From Eledone cirrhosa (lineage: Eukaryota), in assembly GCA_964016885.1 (NCBI GenBank), contig OZ024743.1:370202001-370266000 (forward strand): DNA of 64,000 bases, written 5' to 3'. Position numbers and translations under genes: made by a program. Positions 52,001 through 64,000 of the stretch are shown one piece after another. Below the pieces are notes generated by a model. It was given only the letters and a program-made list of their open reading frames with translations. It did not search any database and was not told the origin of the DNA. Within the stretch, counting starts at the first letter, position 1. Each line of letters starts with the position of its first letter.

Positions 52001-55000
52001 CCTCAAAACTTCCTTCTTCACCAAGCTATCGTTCTCTATCTTGTCTTTGCTCAAAACTTCCTTCTTCACCAAGCTATCGTTCTCTATCTTGTCTTTCCTC
52101 AAAATTTCCTTCTTCGCCAAGCTATCGTTCTCTATCTTGTCTTTCCTCAAAATTTCCTTCTTCACCAAGCTATCGTTCTCTATCTTGTCTTTCCTCAAAA
52201 TTTCCCTCTTGACCAAGCTATCGTTCTCTATCTTGTCATTCCTCAAAATTTCCTTCTTCACCAAGCTATCGTTCTCTATCTTGTCTTTCCTCAAAATTTC
52301 CTTCTTCACCAAGCTATCGTTCTCTATCTTGTCTTTCCTCAAAATTTCCTTCTTCACCAAGCTATCGTTCTCTATCTTGTCTTTCCTCAAAATTTCCTTC
52401 TTCACCAAGCTATCGTTCTCTATCTTGTCTTGCCTCAAAATTTCCTTCTTCACCAAGCTATCGTTCTCTATCTTGTCTTTCCTCAAAATTTCCTTCTTCA
52501 CCAAGCTATCGTTCTCTATCTTGTCTTTCCTCAAAACTTCCTTCTTCACCAAGCTATCGTTCTCTATCTTGTCATTCCTCAAAATTTCCTTCTTCACCAA
52601 GCTATCGTTCTCTATCTTGTCTTTCCTCAAAATTTCCTTCTTCACCAAGCTATCGTTCTCTATCTTGTCTTTCCTCAAAATTTCCTTCTTCACCAAGCTA
52701 TCGTTCTCTATCTTGTCTTTCCTCAAAATTTCATTTCTTTACCAAGCTATCGTTCTCTATCTTGTCTTTCCTCAAAATTTCCTTCTTCACCAAGCTATCG
52801 TTCTCTATCTTGTCTTTCCTCAAAATTTCCTTCTTCACCAAGCTATCGTTCTCTATCTTGTCTTTCCTCAAAATTTCCTTCTTCACCAAGCTATCGTTCT
52901 CTATCTTGTCTTTCCTCAAAATTTCCTTCTTCACCAAGCTATCGTTCTCTATCTTGTCTTTCCTCAAAATTTCCTTCTTCACCAAGCTATCGTTCTCTAT
53001 CTTGTCTTTCCTCAACATTTCCTTCTTCACCAAGCTATCGTTCTCTATCTTGTCTTTCCTCAAAATTTCCTTCTTCACCAAGCTATCGTCCTCTATCTTG
53101 TCTTTCCTCAAAATTTCCTTCTTCACCAAGTTATCGTTCTCTATCTTGTCTTTCCTCAAAATTTCCTTCTTCACCAAGCTATCGTTCTCTATCTTGTCTT
53201 TCCTCAAAACTTTCTTCTTCACCAAGCTATCGTTCTCTATCTTGTCTTTCCTCAAAATTTCCTTCTTCACCAAGCTATCGTTCTCTATCTTGTCTTTCCT
53301 CAAAACTTCCTTCTTCACCAAGCTATCGTTCTCTATCTTGTCTTTCCTCAAAATTTCCTTCTTCACCAAGCTATCGTTCTCTATCTTGTCTTTCCTCAAA
53401 ATTTACTTCTTCACCAAGCTATCGTTCTCTATCTTGTCTTTGCTCAAAATTTCCTTCTTCACCAAGCTATCGTTCTCTATCTTGTCTTTCCTCAAAATTT
53501 CCTTCTTCACCAAGCTATCGTTCTCTATCTTGTCTTTCCTCAAAACTTCCTTCTTCACCAAGCTATCGTTCTCTATCTTGTCTTTCCTCAAAATTTCCTT
53601 CTTCACCAAGCTATCGTTCTCTATCTTGTCTTTCCTCAAAACTTCCTTCTTCACCAAGCTATCGTTCTCTATCTTGTCTTTCCTCAAAATTTCCTTCTTC
53701 ACCAAGCTATCGTTCTCTATCTTGTCTTTCCTCAAAATTTCCTTCTCCACCAAGCTATCGTTCTCTATCTTGTCTTTCCTCAAAATTTCCTTCTTCACCA
53801 AGCTATCGTTCTCTATCTTGTCTTTCCTCAAAATTTCCTTCTTCACCAAGCTATCGTTCTCTATCTTGTCTTTCCTCAAAACTTCCTTCTTCACCAAGCT
53901 ATCGTTCTCTATCTTGTCTTTCCTCAAAATTTCCTTCTTCACCAAGCTATCGTTCTCTATCTTGTCTTTCCTCAAAATTTCCTTCTTCACCAAGCTATCG
54001 TTCTCTATCTTGTCTTTCCTCAAAATTTCTTTCTTCACCAAGCTATCGTTCTCTATCATGTCTTTCCTCAAAATTTCCTTCTTCACCAAGCTATCGTTCT
54101 CTATCTTGTCTTTCCTCAAAATTTCCTTCTTCACCAAGCTATCGTTCTCTATCTTGTCTTTCCTCAAAATTTCCTTCTTCACCAAGCTATCGTTCTCTAT
54201 CTTGTCTTTCCTCAAAATTTCCTTCTTCACCAAGCTATCGTTCTCTATCTTGTCTTTCCTCAAAATTTCCTTCTTCACCAAGCTATCGTTCTCTATCTTG
54301 TCTTTCCTCAAAATTTCCTTCTTCACCAAGCTATCGTTCTCTATCTTGTCTTTCCTCAAAATTTCCTTCTTCACCAAGCTATTGTTCTCTATCTTGTCTT
54401 TCCTCAAAATTTCCTTCTTCACCAAGCTATCGTTCTCTATCTTGTCTTTCCTCAAAATTTCCTTCTTCACCAAGCTATCGTTCTCTATCTTGTCTTTCCT
54501 CAAAATTTCCTTCTTCACCAAGCTATCGTTCTCTATCTTGTCTTTCCTCAAAATTTCCTCCTACACCAAGCTATCGTTCTCTATCTTGTCTTTCCTCAAA
54601 ATTTCCTTCTTCACCAAGCTATCGTTCTCTATCTTGTCTTTCCTCAAAATTTCCTTCTTCACCAAGCTATCGTTCTCTATCTTGTCTTTCCTCAAAATTT
54701 CCTTCTTCACCAAGCTATCGTTCTCTATCTTGTCTTTCCTCAAAATTTCCTTGTTCACCAAGCTATCGTTCTCTATCTTGTCTTTCCTCAAAACTTCCTT
54801 CTTCACCAAGCTATCGTTCTCTATCTTGTCTTTCCTCAAAATTTCCTTCTTCACCAAGCTATCGTTCTCTATCTTGTCTTACCTCAAAACTTCCTTCTTC
54901 ACCAAGCTATCGTTCTCTATCTTGTCTTTCCTCAAAATTTCCTTCTCCACCAAGCTATCGTTCTCTATCTTGTCTTTCCTCAAAACTTCCTTCTTCACCA

Positions 55001-58000
55001 AGCTATCGTTCTCTATCTTGTCTTTCCTCAAAATTTCCTTTTTCACCAAGCTATCGTTCTCTACCTTGTCTTTCCTCAAAATTTCCTTCTTCACCAAGCT
55101 ATCGTTCTCTATTTTGTCTTTCCTCAAAACTTCCTTCTTCACCAAGCTATCGTTCTCTATCTTGTCTTTCCTCAAAACTTCCTTCTTCACCAAGCTATCG
55201 TTCTCTATCTTGTCTTTCCTCAAAACTTCCTTCTTCACCAAGCTATCGTTCTCTATCTTGTCTTTCCTCAAAACTTCCTTCTTCACCAAGCTATCGTTCT
55301 CTATCTTGTCTTTCCTCAAAACTTCCTTCTTCACCAAGCTATCGTTCTCTATCTTGTCTTTCCTCAAAACTTCCTTCTTCACCAAGCTATCGTTCTCTAT
55401 CTTGTCTTTCCTCAAAACTTCCTTCTTCACCAAGCTATCGTTCTCTATCTTGTCTTTCCTCAAAATTTCCTTCTTCACCAAGCTATCGTTCTCTATCTTG
55501 TCTTTCCTCAAAACTTCCTTCTTCACCAAGCTATCGTTCTCTATCTTGTCTTTCCTCAAAATGTCCTTCTTCACCAAGCTATCGTTCTCTATCTTGTCTT
55601 TCCTCAAAACTTCCTTCTTCACCAAGCTATCGTTCTCTATCTTGTCTTTCCTCAAAATTTCCTTCTTCACCAAGCTATCGTTCTCTATCTTGTCTTTCCT
55701 CAAAACTTCCTTCTTCACCAAGCTATCGTTCTCTATCTTATCTTTCTTCAAAACTTACTTCTTCACCAAGCTATCGTTCTCTATCTTGTCTTTCCTCAAA
55801 ACTTCCTTCTTCACCAAGCTATCGTTCTCTATCTTATCTTTCTTCAAAACTTCCTTCTTCACCAAGCTATCGTTCTCTATCTTGTCTTTCCTCAAAACTT
55901 CCTTCTTTACCAAGCTATCGTTCTCTATCTTGTCTTTCCTCAAAACCTCCTTCTTCAGCAAGCTATCGTTCTCTATCTTGTCTTTCCTCAAAACTTCCTT
56001 CTTCACCAAGCTATCGTTCTCTATCTTGTCTTTCCTCAAAACTTCCTTCTTCAGCAAGCTATCGTTCTCTATCTTGTCTTTCCTCAAAACTTCCTTCTTC
56101 ACCAAGCTATCGTTCTCTATCTTGTCTTTCCTCAAAACTTCCTTCTTCACCAAGCTATCGTTCTCTATCTTGTCTTTCCTCAAAACTTCCTTCTTCAGCA
56201 AGGTATCGTTCTCTATCTTGTCTTTCCTCAAAACTTCCTTCTTCACCAAGCTATCGTTGTCTATCTTGTCTTTCCTCAAAACTTCCTTCTTGACCAAGCT
56301 ATCGTTCTCTATCTTGTCTTTCCTCAAAACTTCCTTCTTCACCAAGCTATCGTTCTCTATCTTGTCTTTGCTCAAAACTTCCTTCTTCACCAAGCTATCG
56401 TTCTCTATCTTGTCTTTCCTCAAAATTTCCTTCTTCGCCAAGCTATCGTTCTCTATCTTGTCTTTCCTCAAAATTTCCTTCTTCACCAAGCTATCGTTCT
56501 CTATCTTGTCTTCCCTCAAAATTTCCCTCTTGACCAAGCTATCGTTCTCTATCTTGTCATTCCTCAAAATTTCCTTCTTCACCAAGCTATCGTTCTCTAT
56601 CTTGTCTTTCCTCAAAATTTCCTTCTTCACCAAGCTATCGTTCTCTATCTTGTCTTTCCTCAAAATTTCCTTCTTCACCAAGCTATCGTTCTCTATCTTG
56701 TCTTTCCTCAAAATTTCCTTCTTCACCAAGCTATCGTTCTCTATCTTGTCTTTCCTCAAAATTTCCTTCTTCACCAAGCTATCGTTCTCTATCTTGTCTT
56801 TCCTCAAAATTTCCTTCTTCACCAAGCTATCGTTCTCTATCTTGTCTTTCCTCAAAACTTCCTTCTTCACCAAGCTATCGTTCTCTATCTTGTCATTCCT
56901 CAAAATTTCCTTCTTCACCAAGCTATCGTTCTCTATCTTGTCTTTCCTCAAAATTTCCTTCTTCACCAAGCTATCGTTCTCTATCTTGTCTTTCCTCAAA
57001 ATTTCCTTCTTCACCAAGCTATCGTTCTCTATCTTGTCTTTCCTCAAAATTTCATTTCTTTACCAAGCTATCGTTCTCTATCTTGTCTTTCCTCAAAATT
57101 TCCTTCTTCACCAAGCTATCGTTCTCTATCTTGTCTTTCCTCAAAATTTCCTTCTTCACCAAGCTATCGTTCTCTATCTTGTCTTTCCTCAAAATTTCCT
57201 TCTTCACCAAGCTATCGTTCTCTATCTTGTCTTTCCTCAAAATTTCCTTCTTCACCAAGCTATCGTTCTCTATCTTGTCTTTCCTCAAAATTTCCTTCTT
57301 CACCAAGCTATCGTTCTCTATCTTGTCTTTCCTCAACATTTCCTTCTTCACCAAGCTATCGTTCTCTATCTTGTCTTTCCTCAAAATTTCCTTCTTCACC
57401 AAGCTATCGTCCTCTATCTTGTCTTTCCTCAAAATTTCCTTCTTCACCAAGTTATCGTTCTCTATCTTGTCTTTCCTCAAAATTTCCTTCTTCACCAAGC
57501 TATCGTTCTCTATCTTGTCTTTCCTCAAAACTTTCTTCTTCACCAAGCTATCGTTCTCTATCTTGTCTTTCCTCAAAATTTCCTTCTTCACCAAGCTATC
57601 GTTCTCTATCTTGTCTTTCCTCAAAACTTCCTTCTTCACCAAGCTATCGTTCTCTATCTTGTCTTTCCTCAAAATTTCCTTCTTCACCAAGCTATCGTTC
57701 TCTATCTTGTCTTTCCTCAAAATTTACTTCTTCACCAAGCTATCGTTCTCTATCTTGTCTTTCCTCAAAACTTCCTTCTTCACCAAGCTCTCGTTCTCTA
57801 TCTTGTCTTTCCTCAAAATTTTCTTCTTCACCAAGCTATCGTTCTGTATCTTGTCTTTCCTCAAAATTTCCTTCTTCACCAAGCTATCGTTCTCTATCTT
57901 GTCTTTCCTCAAAATTTCCTTCTTCAAGAAGCTATAGTTCTCTATCTTGTCTTTCCTCAAAATTTCCTTCTTCACCAAGCTATCGTTCTCTATCTTGTCT

Positions 58001-61000
58001 TTCCTCAAAATTTCCTTCTTCACCAAACTATCGTTCTCTATCTTGTCATTCTTCAAAATTTCCTTCTTCACCAAGCTATCGTTGTCTATCTTGTCTTTCC
58101 TCAAAACTTCCTTCTTGACCAAGCTATCGTTCTCTATCTTGTCTTTCCTCAAAACTTCCTTCTTCACCAAGCTATCGTTCTCTATCTTGTCTTTGCTCAA
58201 AACTTCCTTCTTCACCAAGCTATCGTTCTCTATCTTGTCTTTCCTCAAAATTTCCTTCTTCGCCAAGCTATCGTTCTCTATCTTGTCTTTCCTCAAAATT
58301 TCCTTCTTCACCAAGCTATCGTTCTCTATCTTGTCTTTCCTCAAAATTTCCCTCTTGACCAAGCTATCGTTCTCTATCTTGTCTTTCCTCAAAATTTCAT
58401 TTCTTTACCAAGCTATCGTTCTCTATCTTGTCTTTCCTCAAAATTTCCTTCTTCACCAAGCTATCGTTCTCTATCTTGTCTTTCCTCAAAATTTCCTTCT
58501 TCACCAAGCTATCGTTCTCTATCTTGTCTTTCCTCAAAATTTCCTTCTTCACCAAGCTATCGTTCTCTATCTTGTCTTTCCTCAAAATTTCCTTCTTCAC
58601 CAAGCTATCGTTCTCTATCTTGTCTTTCCTCAAAATTTCCTTCTTCACCAAGCTATCGTTCTCTATCTTGTCTTTCCTCAACATTTCCTTCTTCACCAAG
58701 CTATCGTTCTCTATCTTGTCTTTCCTCAAAATTTCCTTCTTCACCAAGCTATCGTCCTCTATCTTGACTTTCCTCAAAATTTCCTTCTTCACCAAGTTAT
58801 CGTTCTCTATCTTGTCTTTCCTCAAAATTTCCTTCTTCACCAAGCTATCGTTCTCTATCTTGTCTTTCCTCAAAACTTTCTTCTTCACCAAGCTATCGTT
58901 CTCTATCTTGTCTTTCCTCAAAATTTCCTTCTTCACCAAGCTATCGTTCTCTATCTTGTCTTTCCTCAAAACTTCCTTCTTCACCAAGCTATCGTTCTCT
59001 ATCTTGTCTTTCCTCAAAATTTCCTTCTTCACCAAGCTATCGTTCTCTATCTTGTCTTTCCTCAAAATTTACTTCTTCACCAAGCTATCGTTCTCTATCT
59101 TGTCTTTGCTCAAAATTTCCTTCTTCACCAAGCTATCGTTCTCTATCTTGTCTTTCCTCAAAATGTTCTTCTTCACCAAGCTATCGTTCTGTATCTTGTC
59201 TTTCCTCAAAATTTCCTTCTTCACCAAGCTATCGTTCTCTATCTTGTCTTTCCTCAAAATTTCCTTCTTCACCAAGCTATCGTTCTCTATCTTGTCTTTC
59301 CTCAAAATTTCCTTCTTCACCAAGCTATCGTTCTCTATCTTGTCTTTCCTCAAAATTTCCTTCTTCACCAAACTATCGTTCTCTATCTTGTCATTCTTCA
59401 AAATTTCCTTCTTCACCAAGCTATCGTTCTCTATCTTGTCTTTCCTCAAAATTTTCTTCTTCACCAAGCTATCGTTCTCTATCTTGTCTTTCCTTAAAAT
59501 TTCCTTCTTCACCAAGCTATCGTTCTCTATCTTGTCTTTCCTCAAAATTTCCTTCTTCACCAAGCTATCGTTCTCTATCTTGTCTTTCCTCAAAATTTCC
59601 TTCTTCACCAAGCTATCGTTCTCTATCTTGTCTTTCCTCAAAATTTCCTTCTTCACCTAGCTATCGTTCTCTATCTTGTCTTTCCTCAAAATTTCCTTCT
59701 TCACCAAGCTATCGTTCTCTATCTTGTCTTTCCTCAAAATTTCCTTCTTCACCAAGCTATCGTTCTCTATCTTGTCTTTCCTCAAAATTTCCTTCTTCAC
59801 CAAGCTATCGTTCTCTATCTTGTCTTTCCTCAAAATTTCCTTCTTCACCAAGCTATCGTTCTCTATCTTGTCTTTCCTCAAAATTTCCTTCTTCACCAAG
59901 TTATCGTTCTCTATCTTGTCTTTCCTCAAAATTTCCTTCTTCACCAAGCTATCGTTCTCTATCTTGTCTTTCCTCAAAACGTACTTCTTCATCAAGCTAT
60001 CGTTCTCTATCTTGTCTTTCCTCAAAATTTCCTTCTTCACCAAGCTATCGTTCTCTATCTTGTCTTTCCTCAAAACTTCCTTCTTCACCAAGCTATCGTT
60101 CTCTATCTTGTCTTTCCTCAAAATTTCCTTCTTCACCAAGCTATCGTTCTCTATCTTGTCTTTCCTCAAAATTTCCTTCTTCACCAAGCTATCGTTCTCT
60201 ATCTTGTCTTTCCTCAAAATTTCCTTCTTCACCAAGCTATCGTTCTCTATCTTGTCTTTCCTCAAAATTTCCTTCTTCACCAAGCTATCGTTCTCTATCT
60301 TGTCTTTCCTCAAAACTTCCTTCTTCACCAAGCTATCGTTCTCTATCTTGTCATTCCTCAAAATTTCCTTCTTCACCAAGCTATCGTTCTCTATCTTGTC
60401 TTTCCTCAAAATTTCCTTCTTCACCAAGCTATCGTTCTCTATCTTGTCTTTCCTCAAAATTTCCTTCTTCACCAAGCTATCGTTCTCTATCTTGTCTTTC
60501 CTCAAAATTTCATTTCTTTACCAAGCTATCGTTCTCTATCTTGTCTTTCCTCAAAATTTCCTTCTTCACCAAGCTATCGTTCTCTATCTTGTCTTTCCTC
60601 AAAATTCCCTTCTTCACCAAGCTATCGTTCTCTATCTTGTCTTTCCTCAAAATTTCCTTCTTCACCAAGCTATCGTTCTCTATCTTGTCTTTCCTCAAAA
60701 TTTCCTTCTTCACCAAGCTATCGTTCTCTATCTTGTCTTTCCTCAAAATTTCCTTCTTCACCAAGCTATCGTTCTCTATCTTGTCTTTCCTCAACATTTC
60801 CTTCTTCACCAAGCTATCGTTCTCTATCTTGTCTTTCCTCAAAATTTCCTTCTTCACCAAGCTATCGTCCTCTATCTTGTCTTTCCTCAAAATTTCCTTC
60901 TTCACCAAGTTATCGTTCTCTATCTTGTCTTTCCTCAAAATTTCCTTCTTCACCAAGCTATCGTTCTCTATCTTGTCTTTCCTCAAAACTTTCTTCTTCA

Positions 61001-64000
61001 CCAAGCTATCGTTCTCTATCTTGTCTTTCCTCAAAATTTCCTTCTTCACCAAGCTATCGTTCTCTATCTTGTCTTTCCTCAAAACTTCCTTCTTCACCAA
61101 GCTATCGTTCTCTATCTTGTCTTTCCTCAAAATTTCCTTCTTCACCAAGCTATCGTTCTCTATCTTGTCTTTCCTCAAAATTTCCTTCTTCACCAAGCTA
61201 TCGTTCTCTATCGTGTCTTTCCTCAAAATTTCCTTCTTCACCAAGCTATCGTTCTCTATCTTGTCTTTCCTCAAAATTTCCTTCTTCACCAAGCTATCGT
61301 TCTCTATCTTGTCTTTCCTCAAAATTTCCTTCTTCACCAAGCTATCTTTCTCTATCTTGTCTTTCCTCAAGATTTCCTTCTTCACCAAGCTACTGTTCTC
61401 TATCTTGTCTTTCCTCAAAATTTCCTTCTTCACCAAGCTATCGTTGTCTATCTTGTCTTTCCTCAAAACTTCCTTCTTGACCAAGCTATCGTTCTCTATC
61501 TTGTCTTTCCTCAAAACTTCCTTCTTCACCAAGCTATCGTTCTCTATCTTGTCTTTACTCAAAATTTCCTTCTTCACCAAGCTATCGTTCTCTATCTTGT
61601 CTTTCCTCAAAATTTCCTTCTCCACCAAGCTATCGTTCTCTATCTTGTCTTTCCTCAAAATTTCCTTCTTCACCAAGCTATCGTTCTCTATCTTGTCTTT
61701 CCTCAAAATTTCCTTCTTCACCAAGCTATCGTTCTCTATCTTGCCTTTCCTCAAAATTTCCTTCTTCACCAAGCTATCGTTCTCTATCTTGTCTTTCCTC
61801 AAAATTTCCTTCTTCACCAAGCTATCGTTCTCTATCTTGTCTTTCCTCAAAATTTCCTTCTTCACCAAGCTATCGTTCTCTATCTTGTCTTTCCTCAAAA
61901 TTTCCTTCTTCACCAAGCTATCGTTCTCTATCTCGTCTTTCCTCAAAATTTCCTTCTTCACCAAGCTATCGTTCTCTATCTTGTCTTTCCTCAAAATTTC
62001 CTTCTTCACCAAGCTATCGTTCTCTATCTTGTCTTTCCTCAAAACTTCCTTCTTCACCAAGCTATCGTTCTCTATCTTGTCATTCCTCAAAATTTCCTTC
62101 TTCACCAAGCTATCGTTCCCTATCTTGTCTTTCCTCAAAATTTCCTTCTTCACCAAGCTATCGTTCTCTATCTTGTCTTTCCTCAAAATTTCCTTCTTCA
62201 CCAAGCTATCGTTCTCTATCTTGTCTTTCCTCAAAATTTCATTTCTTTACCAAGCTATCGTTCTCTATCTTGTCTTTCCTCAAAATTTCCTTCTTCACCA
62301 AGCTATCGTTCTCTATCTTGTCTTTCCTCAAAATTTCCTTCTTCACCAAGCTATCGTTCTCTATCTTGTCTTTCCTCAAAATTTCCTTCTTCACCAAGCT
62401 ATCGTTCTCTATCTTGTCTTTCCTCAAAATTTCCTTCTTCACCAAGCTATCGTTCTCTATCTTGTCTTTCCTCAAAATTTCCTTCTTCACCAAGCTATCG
62501 TTCTCTATCTTGTCTTTCCTCAACATTTCCTTCTTCACCAAGCTATCGTTCTCTATCTTGTCTTTCCTCAAAATTTCCTTCTTCACCAAGCTATCGTCCT
62601 CTATCTTGTCTTTCCTCAAAATTTCCTTCTTCACCAAGTTATCGTTCTCTATCTTGTCTTTCCTCAAAATTTCCTTCTTCACCAAGCTATCGTCCTCTAT
62701 CTTGTCTTTCCTCAAAATTTCCTTCTTCACCAAGTTATCGTTCTCTATCTTGTCTTTCCTCAAAATTTCCTTCTTCACCAAGCTATCGTTCTCTATCTTG
62801 TCTTTCCTCAAAATTTCCTTCTTCACCAAGCTATCGTTCTCTATCTTGTCTTTCCTCAAAATTTCCCTCTTGACCAAGCTATCGTTCTCTATCTTGTCTT
62901 TCCTCAAAATTTCCTTCTTCACCAAGCTATCGTTCTCTATCTTGTCTTTCCTCAAAATTTCCTTCTTCACCTAGCTATCGTTCTCTATCTTGTCTTTCCT
63001 CAAAATTTCCTTCTTCACCAAGCTATCGTTCTCTATCTTGTCTTTCCTCAAAATTTCCTTCTTCACCAAGCTATCGTTCTCTATCTTGTCTTTCCTCAAA
63101 ATTTCCTTCTTCACCAAGCTATCGTTCTCTATCTTGTCTTTCCTCAAAATTTCCTTCTTCACCAAGCTATCGTTCTCTATCTTGTCTTTCCTCAAAATTT
63201 CCTTCTTCACCAAGTTATCGTTCTCTATCTTGTCTTTCCTCAAAATTTCCTTCTTCACCAAGCTATCGTTCTCTATCTTGTCTTTCCTCAAAACGTACTT
63301 CTTCATCAAGCTATCGTTCTCTATCTTGTCTTTCCTCAAAATTTCCTTCTTCACCAAGCTATCGTTCTCTATCTTGTCTTTCCTCAAAACTTCCTTCTTC
63401 ACCAAGCTATCGTTCTCTATCTTGTCTTTCCTCAAAATTTCCTTCTTCACCAAGCTATCGTTCTCTATCTTGTCTTTCCTCAAAATTTCCCTCTTCACCA
63501 AACTATCGTTCTCTATCTTGTCTTTCCTCAAAATTTCCTTCTTCACCAAGCTATCGTTCTCTATCTTGTCTTTCCTCAAAATTTCCTCCTTCACCAAGCT
63601 ATCGTTCTCTATGTTGTCTTTCCTCAAGATTTCCTTCTTCACCAAGCTATCGTTCTCTATCTTGTCTTTCCTCAAAACTTCCTTCTTCACCAAGCTATCG
63701 TTCTCTATCTTGTCTTTCCTCAAAACTTCCTTCTTCAGCAAGCTATCGTTCTCTATCTTGTCTTTCCTCAAAACTTCCTTCTTCACCAAGCTATCGTTCT
63801 CTATCTTATCTTTCCTCAAAATTTCCTTCTTCACCAAGCTATCGTTCTCTATCTTGTCTTTCTTCAAAACTTCCTTCTTCACCAAGCTATCGTTCTCTAT
63901 CTTGTCTTTCCTCAAAATTTCCTTCTTCACCAAGCTATCGTTCTCTATCTTGTCTTTCCTCAAAATTTCCTTCTTCACCAAGCTATCGTTCTCTATCTTG
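28062..64000. repeat. 48-bp tandem satellite, ~750 monomers, consensus CCTCAAAATTTCCTTCTTCACCAAGCTATCGTTCTCTATCTTGTCTTT
   Basis: Directly visible; 36 of 48 bases pyrimidine on the plus strand, 18 of 48 GC, one AGCT per monomer; most monomers match consensus or differ by 1-2 bases; truncated by the window end. Confidence 0.99.

Noticed and set aside
35096-56293. 7065-aa ORF and the other 200-3000 aa ORFs in the array as real genes
   Set aside because: They result from a stop-free 48-bp monomer; overlapping frames switch peptide at indels, and stops and frameshifts are amplified with the array
28062-64000. CRISPR array
   Set aside because: Monomers are contiguous with no unique spacers, no cas genes, eukaryotic context

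Overview
Eukaryotic, repeat-saturated genomic DNA; the SINE, LINE and (TA)n/(CA)n content suggests a mollusc, probably an octopus (inference, no database search). No intact host gene is recognisable. 1-9.3 kb: three decayed Tx1/L1-clade LINEs in head-to-tail order on the minus strand. 9.4-25.2 kb: Penelope-like element (PLE) RT and GIY-YIG fragments, short PLE-type units carrying type I hammerhead ribozyme (HHR) motifs inside (TA)n tracts, a Tc1 deletion derivative, a non-autonomous Helitron, an LTR with polypurine tract, and tRNA-derived SINEs. 25.4-27.8 kb: two R4/Dong-like LINE 3' fragments in (TAA)n tracts. 28.06-64 kb: one 48-bp tandem satellite (~750 monomers, running off the window end) with nested higher-order duplications. 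The giant ORFs in it come from a stop-free monomer. Two observations stand out: a dense set of HHR-bearing retrozyme/pLTR-like units, and an apparent homology between the satellite's left flank and the region upstream of ORF1 in Tx1 copy 1, suggesting the satellite grew inside a retroelement leader.
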